Source: Pseudomonas phage sp. 30-2. Taken from it: DNA of 64,000 nt. Of the stretch, positions 9,709-19,106 are shown piece after piece. Location of the stretch: the sequence record LC727697.1. One strand, given 5' to 3'. The notes under the pieces were generated by a model. The model saw only the letters and a list, made by a program, of their open reading frames with translations, made no database searches and was not told the DNA's origin. How positions within the stretch are numbered: position 1 is the stretch's first letter; each line of letters opens with the position of its first letter. Made by a program: the position numbers and the translations under genes.

Positions 9709-10578
9709 TTAACTTCTTAACATTACTTTAGAAATTTCTCCATTGTTTGGGATTGTCGAATCCGGATACCAACGGAATTTTAACCAAAGAACATTTGCTT
9801 GAAAAGTGTATGGCATTATTCCAGTGAAATTATTAAACTGAATATAATCAAACATAGATCTTAAATTAATCGGAAACCAAGAACTAAATTCATCTTCTAG
9901 CGAAGGAATTTGGTCTAATGTACCATATACTTCAAATTTACCTGTGAAATTTTCTGCATATATTGCAATAGTATGCACACCCGATCTATAATTTTTTACT
10001 CTATTAGATGGAAATGGACCTGCATTGTAATAATTAAAAGTATAATCAGTGTTTATTACTTTTCGCCATTCAGTAGCAACTATAGTGTCTATGGGCGCCT
10101 TTTCTAAACTATCTCTAACTTCTGCATACAGTTGTATATCAGATGATGTATTTGTATAAAACGGCGTACTAATTACAGGGAGTCCGTCTATATTAGATAT
10201 GCCGGGAATAAATTCTTCTTGTCCTATTATACTCAAAGTGTAATATCCATTAGGCACATTTATTAGATCTCCTTCTAATATAGACAATATAAAAATTCCA
10301 GGAGACTGCTCATATATATCACACTGTTTTACTAGCACTCGTTCTTTATTTTCTGTATTAATTAAACTAGCAAACACAGAAAGTCCATGAATATTTACTA
10401 ATCGTCTATCAGGATTATAAACCCTAAATTTTACTTGATTATCTACACCTTTGTATAGTTTTATTGTTTGTGAATGCATAGGTCTATTATCCAATAATTT
10501 ACAATTGCAAGAAAGTATACCGTTATCATATAACAGTTCTACAAAATTATCATATTTATATAATGTATGGAATGTCAT
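9709..10578 (-). CDS. hypothetical protein (289 aa)
   Basis: Complete ORF. Confidence 0.4.
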   Translation of the reverse strand: MTFHTLYKYDNFVELLYDNGILSCNCKLLDNRPMHSQTIKLYKGVDNQVKFRVYNPDRRLVNIHGLSVFASLINTENKERVLVKQCDIYEQSPGIFILSILEGDLINVPNGYYTLSIIGQEEFIPGISNIDGLPVISTPFYTNTSSDIQLYAEVRDSLEKAPIDTIVATEWRKVINTDYTFNYYNAGPFPSNRVKNYRSGVHTIAIYAENFTGKFEVYGTLDQIPSLEDEFSSWFPINLRSMFDYIQFNNFTGIMPYTFQANVLWLKFRWYPDSTIPNNGEISKVMLRS

Positions 10579-10640
10579 ACACGTATTTATATTAAAACGG
10601 TTAGTGTTAAAGGAATAAATAATACAGAGAGAAGAAAATC

Positions 10641-11039
10641 ATGGACAACACAAATAATAATACAATAGATCAAGAGTTAGCAGAATTATCTGAAAAATTT
10701 CCATTTTTGAGTGGCATACAACACTTAGAAAATTTCTATATAGGAATTATTCAAAATTCGGATGACAAATATATAAGTTTTTATGATTTTAAATCATTAA
10801 AAAACAGTCAACACAAAGATATATTTCTTCAATGCGGTGACTGTTGGTGGTGGGAATCTTCTAGGATATTACCAATAAATATATTCATGCCAAACGAAAT
10901 GGCAGAATTTAGATATTGCCTAAAAACCCTAGTAAACAAAGATATAAAAATAGTTTTCGGACCATGTACTTCTCTTAACAATATGCTCAAAAAGAGAATA
11001 AAAAGACGACAAGTATCTTTAATCAGGAAAATAACTTAA
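10641..11039 (+). CDS. hypothetical protein (132 aa), the only plus-strand gene in the first 45 kb
   Basis: Fills a gap between minus-strand genes. Cys/Trp-containing (CGDCWWWE). Confidence 0.3.
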   Translation: MDNTNNNTIDQELAELSEKFPFLSGIQHLENFYIGIIQNSDDKYISFYDFKSLKNSQHKDIFLQCGDCWWWESSRILPINIFMPNEMAEFRYCLKTLVNKDIKIVFGPCTSLNNMLKKRIKRRQVSLIRKIT

Positions 11040-11625
11040 ATGGATCGGGTTCTTGTTCTGCTTCTTCTTCTAATAAATTCAACTGAACAACAATTGCAAG
11101 TGCATAACTAATGGCATGTGCTTTTTTAAAATGATATGATCCGTCGCTGGGCTTATCCCACACAGTTTTGGCAATAATATCCCAAGGTTTATATTGTAAA
11201 TGATACTTACTCGGACGTATAACAGCCAGCAACATTGCTAACTGTTCTACACTTTTCGGTTTCATTCCTACTGCTAGATCAGCATAATTTCCTAAATGAA
11301 ATAAATTTTGAACTATCTGTTTATGTTCAAAATAAGACCAGTTAGGTTCTTTATCTATTAATTTCTTTAGATGTTCCTCTGATCTAACTTGTTCGTATAT
11401 ACTTACGTTAAGAAGATCAATCTTCATGTAGCCTAATTCTTCTGCAACTTTATAATCTATGTTGCTCATATTTTGTTCCGGATCAAACGGAATAGGTTGA
11501 AAATATACACCAGATAAATGTTTCTTTCCTACTCCGTCTAATTTAGCAGATATGTGTTGTAGTCCAGACAAAACTGTTAACCTATCTGCTACGTCAATAT
11601 CAACATCAGTAACTACTTTTGCCAT
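11023..11625 (-). CDS. hypothetical protein with DNA polymerase III alpha (DnaE)-like sequence motifs
   Basis: GYMKIDLLNV, LAMLLAVIRPS and FKKAHAISYALAIVVQ resemble DnaE KMDFLGL, MIALVALFRPGP and FNKSHSAAYALVSYQ in the same order. At 200 aa it is far too short to be a polymerase. Confidence 0.3.
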   Translation of the reverse strand: MAKVVTDVDIDVADRLTVLSGLQHISAKLDGVGKKHLSGVYFQPIPFDPEQNMSNIDYKVAEELGYMKIDLLNVSIYEQVRSEEHLKKLIDKEPNWSYFEHKQIVQNLFHLGNYADLAVGMKPKSVEQLAMLLAVIRPSKYHLQYKPWDIIAKTVWDKPSDGSYHFKKAHAISYALAIVVQLNLLEEEAEQEPDPFKLFS

Positions 11626-11626
11626 A

Positions 11627-12334
11627 TTACAACTTAGCCTCTGTCAATACAGACACTATAAAGTCAACATCATCTTTATTTGCAATAAATTTCTTTTGCC
11701 ACCAGTCAAAATCTACAGCAGTTTGAATAAATTTTTCTTGTTCTTCATTTATTCTAACCCACAATTTATCAGAAGAAGATGCCAGATATAATACCCACGG
11801 ACTAAGCTTTCCTGATTTAATAAGATATACTGCCTCTACTGTATTAACTTTTTCAAAAAAATCTACAATATCTACATTATTTTCAGTACACCAAGTGCCC
11901 ATCTCGATTATAGTTCGTTCCAGTGCTTTTTGTGCAGGTTCTTTCTGAGTATATTCTTTAAGATATCTTACATATACATAGTCTTTTTTCCAATCAGACA
12001 GCGGTATAGCGTTCTTTATTATGAAATCTATGTATTCATCTGTGTTAATAGGATTAATATCTATTAGGTGTCTTCCAAATTTAACAAAATCTATATAAAA
12101 TTTACTATCAATAAATTCTCTAAAAGATTTAGGCGTTTTAGAAGAAGTAGTTAGTTCGTAGAATCGCTGAAATACCCTAAATCCCAGTCTAGACCCAACT
12201 GTGTCTTTTTCTGCAAACCTCTTCTTTTTAACACACAAATGAGCAGCTATTGTTCGTTCTGACTTAAATTCTTTACTACAAAACTCGCACTTTGCCATCG
12301 ATGTTGCCTTTTTATTTTTCTTAGATGCTTGCAT
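11627..12334 (-). CDS. zinc-finger-containing hypothetical protein (235 aa)
   Basis: N-terminal CEFCSKEFKSERTIAAHLC is C2HC/C2H2-like. Confidence 0.4.
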   Translation of the reverse strand: MQASKKNKKATSMAKCEFCSKEFKSERTIAAHLCVKKKRFAEKDTVGSRLGFRVFQRFYELTTSSKTPKSFREFIDSKFYIDFVKFGRHLIDINPINTDEYIDFIIKNAIPLSDWKKDYVYVRYLKEYTQKEPAQKALERTIIEMGTWCTENNVDIVDFFEKVNTVEAVYLIKSGKLSPWVLYLASSSDKLWVRINEEQEKFIQTAVDFDWWQKKFIANKDDVDFIVSVLTEAKL

Positions 12335-12347
12335 ATACTTACTAGAA

Positions 12348-12815
12348 TTATTTCTTCTTTAAAATATCTTTTATTTCTTTATCTTCATATCCGTAGGATA
12401 ACATAATATCCTTTAATTCTGCATCAGTGTACAAATCTGCAAGCATATCAATTTCATCATCTTTTGCGTTTGGATGAATTTTAAAAATAAATTCTTTCCT
12501 CGGATTCTTTTTTTTCTTTTTATTCGGGGCAATCCATTTACGTTGTTCTTTTCTTCCAGTTCCACACAACGACAATAGCATCCATTGCAATTTAGGATGC
12601 TTGTACATTAATGAAAAATCCACATTTACAATATCATTGGTCATTATAAGACCCCAATCTGCATTATCACCGATTATATTACTAGAATATCTCATTATAA
12701 TCCACGATGAAAATACTTTCTTCTGTTCATCAGTTAACTTGTCATAAAAATCTCTATCATTATAATCTAATGCTTGCAATTCCATCCAAAGCGGTAAAAT
12801 GCTTTCTTCTGCCAT
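12348..12815 (-). CDS. hypothetical protein (155 aa)
   Basis: Complete ORF with a lysine-rich patch. Confidence 0.35.
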   Translation of the reverse strand: MAEESILPLWMELQALDYNDRDFYDKLTDEQKKVFSSWIIMRYSSNIIGDNADWGLIMTNDIVNVDFSLMYKHPKLQWMLLSLCGTGRKEQRKWIAPNKKKKKNPRKEFIFKIHPNAKDDEIDMLADLYTDAELKDIMLSYGYEDKEIKDILKKK

Positions 12816-13318
12816 TATTTAAATAACTCTGCGATATCTATAGGATCAGGAATTTTATTCCCTTCTTTTACAAACAATGCACAATTCGGATTAGGTCCGT
12901 CTTCTAAAGGAATAACTAGGACAGCACCACTTTTTAATTTAGGGAAATACCACTTTACTTCAGTAAATACACTAGTTATTGTTATTTCAGAAGGAACAGG
13001 CACCATGTGTTTTAGTGGATTAAATACTATTGTATGAAACCCCCTGTCATTTAGACTAGTAAGAGGTACTACTTCCAAATCAGAATATTCTTCGTCGCAT
13101 ACTAGTATAGACCAATCTAACGGCATTTGTATACTGTACTTTCCTATCTTGAGTACAACTGCGGGAGAATAAAAACTTTCTAAAAATATAAGAGGCAAAA
13201 AGTAAAAATCTACATTAGATTTATCATTACAATCTAATATACAATACCGTATATCCTCTATGTCGTCTGGGACTCTATCTAATTCGTATGATTCATTTTC
13301 GGTTAATAAAATTTTCAA
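12815..13318 (-). CDS. hypothetical protein (167 aa)
   Basis: Complete ORF, translationally coupled to its neighbours. Confidence 0.35.
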   Translation of the reverse strand: MKILLTENESYELDRVPDDIEDIRYCILDCNDKSNVDFYFLPLIFLESFYSPAVVLKIGKYSIQMPLDWSILVCDEEYSDLEVVPLTSLNDRGFHTIVFNPLKHMVPVPSEITITSVFTEVKWYFPKLKSGAVLVIPLEDGPNPNCALFVKEGNKIPDPIDIAELFK

Positions 13319-13328
13319 AATTACACCT

Positions 13329-13580
13329 TTATTTGTATTTTTCTATTATAGCACAAAATTTTTCTTTGTCAAAGTCTCCGCTAATAATATTAAGAAATAC
13401 AGTTTCTAATGAACCGACATATACTACCCCTAACATGGTTTTACCATTTTTGATATATCTATAAAAATCAGGGGTAGGATACGAATGTACATATAATTCT
13501 GATTTTAATTTAAATAAGTTCGATTGTTCATTTAAATCTGCATCTAATTTTATATAAATTCCGTCTTGATAAAAATTCAT
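13329..13580 (-). CDS. hypothetical protein (83 aa)
   Basis: Complete ORF. Confidence 0.3.
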   Translation of the reverse strand: MNFYQDGIYIKLDADLNEQSNLFKLKSELYVHSYPTPDFYRYIKNGKTMLGVVYVGSLETVFLNIISGDFDKEKFCAIIEKYK

Positions 13581-13581
13581 A

Positions 13582-15033
13582 TTAATAATCTATTTTTTTC
13601 ACAGAAAATGGATATTCTGCTTCTTTATAGAATTTTTTCCTTTTAGTTAAATGCCTTGCAGAATATTTTGCAACAGAAGTAATATCAAATACAGATACAT
13701 AGTCTTTTCCGGGTGCCTTGCGTAGACCGCGACCGATAGACTGAATTACCCTAATAAAAGACTTTCCTGGTTCTAATAAATATACATTATGTATGTATGG
13801 TATATCAATACCAGTAGATGCAACCCCAAAGGTTGCTATAATAATTTTATCTGTATCTGATGTAACTGATTTATATTCAGTTCTTCTGTCTTTACTTTTT
13901 AAATCACCTTTAACAAAAGCAGCATTGGGTATATGCTTAAGAAGTTCTTCTCCGCTCGACAGCCTATCAACTAATACTAACGTATTACCTTCTTGAGATT
14001 TTATATGTTCGGCTAGCCATTTTAAACGAGTAGGGTCTGTAGTAAGAAATTTTAATTCGGCTGCATAGTTCGGATGCGAAGTATGATAATCGTTTAATTG
14101 TAGGACTTCTATGTGCAATTCACTAAGTATTCCTGCTTCTTGCAATTCTTTTGCTTTCACAGTTTTTGTAACAGGACCTATGCATGCAATAAGGGCAGCA
14201 GCGGCATGTTCCTCTTCCGGTATGGTTCCTGTCATAGCCCATCGAATGGGAACATTAGCAAATGTAGAAGTTAAATGTTCTTTTAATGATTGACCCTTAA
14301 TAGTATGTGCTTCATCGACTACTACTGCTACTACCCCTTCAATGAATTCTTCTAATGTTAATGCATTTTCGTCTGCTTTACTTTGTTTATAAATAGCTTC
14401 AATACTTTGCCAGGTAACTATAGTGTGAGTTTTGCCTAATTCTTTTCTATCTCCGAAATAAACGCCAGTATCTAATCCGAAGTTTTTAAAATCCCGTTCT
14501 GTTTGGGTAACTAAGTCTTTAGATGGAACAATTGTTATTGTTCTTCCATACTTTTCTACTTTATGTGCTAATGCAGCAGTAACTAATGTTTTTCCAAAAC
14601 CAGTAGGCAATGTTGCTATACTCTGTGTATTAGCTAAGTAATTATTCACTGCCTCTACTTGATAATCCCGTAGAACAATATTCTGCCCTTCATATTGATG
14701 TCCTACAGGCCAAGTAATATGAGAATATGAGTTAGCATCTATTGGTTCAAAATTACACGAAAACGGTTGTCTATTATCTTCTATGGTTATATAATAACCA
14801 CTATTTTCTACAATAGGAATAAGTATATCTAAAAAATTAAGATACGAACGTCCGGCTATATCACAATATCTAATACATCCATCCCATCTACCTAACTTGT
14901 ATGCAGGTTGGTGTCTTGCATGAGGTAAAAAGAATTTTAACGAATCAGATAGTTTTCTACGAGTGTTTATATCAAGTCCAGTAAATGCAATATTTACTTC
15001 ATCTTTTATTACTAATTTGCAATCCTTTGCCAT
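13582..15033 (-). CDS. uvsW: SF2 DNA helicase UvsW
   Basis: GRWDGCIRY, RDYQVEAV, LPTGFGKT (Walker A) and VVDEAH (DEAH box) align with T4 UvsW GNWDGRIRLL / HWYQKDAV / LPTSAGKS. Confidence 0.8.
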   Translation of the reverse strand: MAKDCKLVIKDEVNIAFTGLDINTRRKLSDSLKFFLPHARHQPAYKLGRWDGCIRYCDIAGRSYLNFLDILIPIVENSGYYITIEDNRQPFSCNFEPIDANSYSHITWPVGHQYEGQNIVLRDYQVEAVNNYLANTQSIATLPTGFGKTLVTAALAHKVEKYGRTITIVPSKDLVTQTERDFKNFGLDTGVYFGDRKELGKTHTIVTWQSIEAIYKQSKADENALTLEEFIEGVVAVVVDEAHTIKGQSLKEHLTSTFANVPIRWAMTGTIPEEEHAAAALIACIGPVTKTVKAKELQEAGILSELHIEVLQLNDYHTSHPNYAAELKFLTTDPTRLKWLAEHIKSQEGNTLVLVDRLSSGEELLKHIPNAAFVKGDLKSKDRRTEYKSVTSDTDKIIIATFGVASTGIDIPYIHNVYLLEPGKSFIRVIQSIGRGLRKAPGKDYVSVFDITSVAKYSARHLTKRKKFYKEAEYPFSVKKIDY

Positions 15034-15045
15034 TACGAATCCTAT

Positions 15046-15531
15046 TTAAATTTGTGCGTCGTCTAGTCCTGCACAACGAAGTTTAACTATGTGGCCTACC
15101 ATCCAATTCTTAGAATCTAAACCCTTCATTAGCGAAAGATATTTGTTTCTTAGCAATGCAACTTCATTAACTAATATTGCCCTGTTTACTACAAGTGGAT
15201 CTCCTTCTGCATATTTCTCTGCATCCCTAGAAGAAAGTGCTTTAGGAAACTGCTGTAGATAAAATTTGAATCTGTCGCTTTTTTCTTGTTTATACTGAAT
15301 ATTAAGTAATTCTAGTACAGCTTCAATTTCTTGAAGCTGTGCAAATCTATTCTCTACTATACCCGGCAACTCTGCGCAATGTTTCTCTAACGTTTTACCC
15401 TTTAAAGACATTTCTGTAGACTTAGAAATATCTATTTCCTTTTCGAAAAAAGAAATGAAATCGGGTATCTTAGATAAATCTGCATAGACAATGTTATACC
15501 AATTGTTCATTTTCTTTTCCAGCAAGTGCAA
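15046..15531 (-). CDS. uvsY: probable recombination mediator UvsY-like protein
   Basis: Adjacent to uvsW as in T4. C-terminal GLDSKNWMVGHIVKLR resembles UvsY GALDAIKSRGFAIKHIQDMR. 161 aa vs 137 aa. Confidence 0.4.
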   Translation of the reverse strand: MHLLEKKMNNWYNIVYADLSKIPDFISFFEKEIDISKSTEMSLKGKTLEKHCAELPGIVENRFAQLQEIEAVLELLNIQYKQEKSDRFKFYLQQFPKALSSRDAEKYAEGDPLVVNRAILVNEVALLRNKYLSLMKGLDSKNWMVGHIVKLRCAGLDDAQI

Positions 15532-15829
15532 TCCTAATTACTTTTAAAAATAAATGAGCTCGTTGAGATTTTGACGGTATTCTTCGTTTTAGTCTAAATT
15601 GACTAATAGGAATATTAAATGAATCGGAACATAGTATATGTAGGTTATTAATATTTTCAGGTTGTATTACCCATATAACCGCATTCATATCTTTTGTTAC
15701 CATATCTAACAATTTGTCTAATTGTTCTATGACAGCATCTTTATTTTTGGATGTTATATTGGCTTTCAACGACGATACAGTTGATAGAAATTCGTCACTA
15801 AATTCTAAATTAGTCGTCATCTGCTTCAC
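15494..15829 (-). CDS. hypothetical protein (111 aa)
   Basis: Complete ORF. Confidence 0.3.
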   Translation of the reverse strand: MKQMTTNLEFSDEFLSTVSSLKANITSKNKDAVIEQLDKLLDMVTKDMNAVIWVIQPENINNLHILCSDSFNIPISQFRLKRRIPSKSQRAHLFLKVIRIALAGKENEQLV

Positions 15830-16010
15830 CTAAATGTGTTTTTGCTGCTATTTTAAGTTCTTTTTCAAACATTTGAATATCTACATCAAGCATTCCGTAT
15901 TCATCTAAAACTTCTATAAACGCATCCGCTGCATGAATGCGCTCAGATGACTTAATATATGGTCGCACGGCAGCCCAAATTTCATTTATTGCTTCAACAT
16001 CTGTAATCAT
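15810..16010 (-). CDS. hypothetical protein (66 aa, acidic)
   Basis: Complete small ORF overlapping its neighbours. Confidence 0.3.
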   Translation of the reverse strand: MITDVEAINEIWAAVRPYIKSSERIHAADAFIEVLDEYGMLDVDIQMFEKELKIAAKTHLGEADDD

Positions 16011-17842
16011 TTATTAACCTTATATTGCAATTTTAAATGGCCAGCATCGTATACTCGATAAAATCCATTATTTTTCATATTCTCTTCTTCTGTTAATGAT
16101 TTATCGAAATCTGATAAAATGTTTTTCAACTTGTGTTTCATAAATTTTTGCCTATTAAGCCTTTTTGAAAAATCCTCTTTACTCACATAAGTGTAATTAA
16201 AATCAGTCTCATACAGTATATCAAACCCATTGTTTACATATACATTATTTGTCGGATTCGACCATCTGAGATCAGCATATGTGTTTATAACATCTATTTT
16301 GTTATTATTAATACAATATTTCAACAACTTAGAAAATCCGCCGATCACGTGCATAGAAGATGCATATCTAACTAGTTCTGTACATTTCTTCTTTTTAAGA
16401 AAAGACATAGCACAAACTAATTCATTATCATAATATAATCCATATGCATACGAGGATGCAGAATCTTCTTGTATGTGATATTTTTTAAAGAAATTTCGTT
16501 TGTCTGCTACCGATATTTCTTTAACTATACAATTCCTTGCATAACATTTATTATTAGATTTTCCTAAAATGTGCGCTAATTTTCTCTTTACTAGTTCTTT
16601 CTTATGAATAAATTCATCTTCAAAAATTTGTATTAAACGAATACCTTTTTGTTTACATATGCTATATTTTTCTCTATGCTTTGTTACATTTCCTTCTGTT
16701 CGTGTGCTATGAAAATATAATCCGTTGTATTCTATTCCTATGTTAAGTTCGGGAATAAAAATATCAATTTCTCGCGGAAATATAATAGTACGATCATTGT
16801 CGATTACATTAAATCCCAATGAACGCACATATTCAGATATTTCTGCATGACCAGAAGAAATATTTCCCTTTGTATATTTTATACCTTCTTCTATTAACTT
16901 TTCAGTAATAGATGTTATTTCGTATTTTTCACATAAAGCAGCTAATGTATAACCGTTGTCTATTAATTTAACAACTTCTTCTTTTATATCATTCCAAATC
17001 AAATCAATTTTTTTAATCGGTTCTCGTGTTTTCCATCCGTTATCTGCCATTATTTTCCATATGGTGTATTGACATACTCCCAATTTTTCTGCTATTTGGT
17101 ATGTAGTCATACATTCATCATAATACATCCGATAAATTTCTGATTCTTTACCACTTAATATAGAATGTTTCGGTTTTGTAAAATACTGTATATTGTATTC
17201 TTTTATAACGCTTTCTACATAAGTTCTAGAAATTCCGTATTCATTTATTATATCAACAATAGATTTAATTTTTAATTCTTCTGCTAGAGTTTCTCTAGAT
17301 ATTTTATCTTGTTGATGTTTTACAGCAGGTGGCAACGAATTAGTATAATCGATTTTTAAATGTGTTAAATGATGTTTTAGTTCTTCAAAATTAAAGTTAT
17401 AATTATTTTTTATCCAACTAATTGTTCGTCTTTCGTTATATACTAAGTGTTCGAAAAAGTCTTTAGTAAAATCTTCAGGCTTTTTTGTTTTACGCTTCTT
17501 GTTAGTAGCAGTATATAGACACTTTTCGATTGGTATTCCGTAATCATTAAACACTTGTTTTAAATGAAGTTCATTAATCTTATAAGTCTTTCTTATTTCA
17601 TTAAATGATTGTTTTTTAATTACATGTAAGTCAAATAACAACTCCTTTGAAACAAGTTTTTTAAATTTCAAAATTTTTATATCAGTTTCTTGCAACGGTA
17701 GACGATTCGTTTCATCTCTTATGATGGTTTTAATGACATCATAAGAGACTCCGTATATTTGCTTTAATTCAGATACAGATTTTAAATCATCGAAGTGTAA
17801 TTTGATAATATTAATACGATCTGTTTCGCATAATTTATTCAT
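16007..17842 (-). CDS. putative homing endonuclease, Vsr/DUF559-like nuclease family (paralog A: six N-terminal HTH-like repeats)
   Basis: Nuclease core LNIGIEYNGLYFHS...KGIRLIQIFEDEF plus a shared C-terminal domain (KCYARNCIVKEI...GLYYDNELV...YADLRWS). Paralogous to 32599..34215 and to the C-terminus of 19110..20543. N-terminus has six ~35-aa HTH-like repeats. The ORF overlaps the uvsX C-fragment start by 8 nt. Confidence 0.6.
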   Translation of the reverse strand: MNKLCETDRINIIKLHFDDLKSVSELKQIYGVSYDVIKTIIRDETNRLPLQETDIKILKFKKLVSKELLFDLHVIKKQSFNEIRKTYKINELHLKQVFNDYGIPIEKCLYTATNKKRKTKKPEDFTKDFFEHLVYNERRTISWIKNNYNFNFEELKHHLTHLKIDYTNSLPPAVKHQQDKISRETLAEELKIKSIVDIINEYGISRTYVESVIKEYNIQYFTKPKHSILSGKESEIYRMYYDECMTTYQIAEKLGVCQYTIWKIMADNGWKTREPIKKIDLIWNDIKEEVVKLIDNGYTLAALCEKYEITSITEKLIEEGIKYTKGNISSGHAEISEYVRSLGFNVIDNDRTIIFPREIDIFIPELNIGIEYNGLYFHSTRTEGNVTKHREKYSICKQKGIRLIQIFEDEFIHKKELVKRKLAHILGKSNNKCYARNCIVKEISVADKRNFFKKYHIQEDSASSYAYGLYYDNELVCAMSFLKKKKCTELVRYASSMHVIGGFSKLLKYCINNNKIDVINTYADLRWSNPTNNVYVNNGFDILYETDFNYTYVSKEDFSKRLNRQKFMKHKLKNILSDFDKSLTEEENMKNNGFYRVYDAGHLKLQYKVNK

Positions 17843-19106
17843 CGAACTCTTCTAAATGACCCTCTTCCACTTCTACGACATTGCCTAGGTCTTCGTCTGT
17901 AAATTCATTCATAATTACTTTTAGTTTATCGTAATCATTCCATTCTTTCCTATAATACAGCATTTCGGTACCATCTTTGGTTATGTACTTATATCTATTG
18001 CCTTGTTTTACAAGTTTACCTGTTTTTTCAAACAAGTCAAATAGACCCGATATTGGACTCATACCTGTATCATATGGAATATTTACTTTTACTGTCTCAA
18101 ACGGCTTTGCATATCGAGATTTCACAACTTTACATACTGCACGAATGCCAGCTACTTCAGAAATTTTATTACCTGCTTCGTCTTCTTTTAATTTTAACTT
18201 TTGCATTGCCACTACAATTGACGCCGCATAGACTGCGCCGCTGCCACCCGAAATTACAGCGTCAGGCTGAAATAAATCTTGAGATGCATATGTATGGTTA
18301 GTACAAACAAGGCCTATGTCTAAGTTGCCGAACATATTTGTACAGTTAGAAATCAATGCTTTTAATTGTTTTGCTTTCCTGCCCATATCTCCTTTCATAT
18401 CACCATTTTGAAATTGTGCAGTTTCCGTTGGTGTCAATAACATTCCGAGCGAGTCAATAACAAAAAGCACCTTTGGTCGATCATTGTTAGGTAGTTCGGC
18501 ATAATTAGTCTTGTAATCTTTAACAAAATCACTAATAATTTTTGCTACATCATCTATCATCGATACAGAGATGCGTAACATTTTTTCCGGTCCGGTGTCT
18601 ACACCTAGTGCATGTAGCCAAGATTCGTCGAGTGCATTTTCTGAATCAAGTAATACAACAAAAATTCCCTTTTCTTGTGCATCTTTTACAATGTTTCCTG
18701 ATACTATATACGATTTGCCACTATTGTGAGAAGAGAATCCATCACCATAGTAACGATGATTTTCGTGGAGTATTTCGAAATCGAAACATTCTTCGATGCC
18801 ACTTTCAGTTACAGAACTAATTGTTGAGACACCGTTTACAGTAAGCACTTGTTGGCCTTCGTACAAGTCTTTTGCAAGTGTCCAAAAAGTTTCCGATCCG
18901 TCTACCACTTCGATCATATGGTTTACTGCACATCTAGTAACTAACCCATCCTGCGTTTCTACCGTCACCATACTAAGAGGGCCTTTATCGAACCAAGATC
19001 CCAGTTTTTGCCAGCCATCTGGTGTGTCTAACTCAATTTCGTATTCATTACTACTGTAGAGAGACTTCAGTTCACTAACTGTTACTTCCTTTTCGATGTA
19101 TTCCAT
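17835..19106 (-). CDS. uvsX: UvsX recombinase C-terminal fragment: intein C-fragment (128 aa) + C-extein (RecA core, 295 aa)
   Basis: First 128 aa end in intein block F/G (ECFDFEILHENHRYYGDGFSSHN), followed by +1 Ser (SGKSYIV). The remainder aligns with T4 UvsX (VCTNHTYASQDLF...GGSGAVYAASIVV vs INHTYETQEMF...GGTGPMYSADTVF). Confidence 0.8.
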   Translation of the reverse strand: MEYIEKEVTVSELKSLYSSNEYEIELDTPDGWQKLGSWFDKGPLSMVTVETQDGLVTRCAVNHMIEVVDGSETFWTLAKDLYEGQQVLTVNGVSTISSVTESGIEECFDFEILHENHRYYGDGFSSHNSGKSYIVSGNIVKDAQEKGIFVVLLDSENALDESWLHALGVDTGPEKMLRISVSMIDDVAKIISDFVKDYKTNYAELPNNDRPKVLFVIDSLGMLLTPTETAQFQNGDMKGDMGRKAKQLKALISNCTNMFGNLDIGLVCTNHTYASQDLFQPDAVISGGSGAVYAASIVVAMQKLKLKEDEAGNKISEVAGIRAVCKVVKSRYAKPFETVKVNIPYDTGMSPISGLFDLFEKTGKLVKQGNRYKYITKDGTEMLYYRKEWNDYDKLKVIMNEFTDEDLGNVVEVEEGHLEEFDE

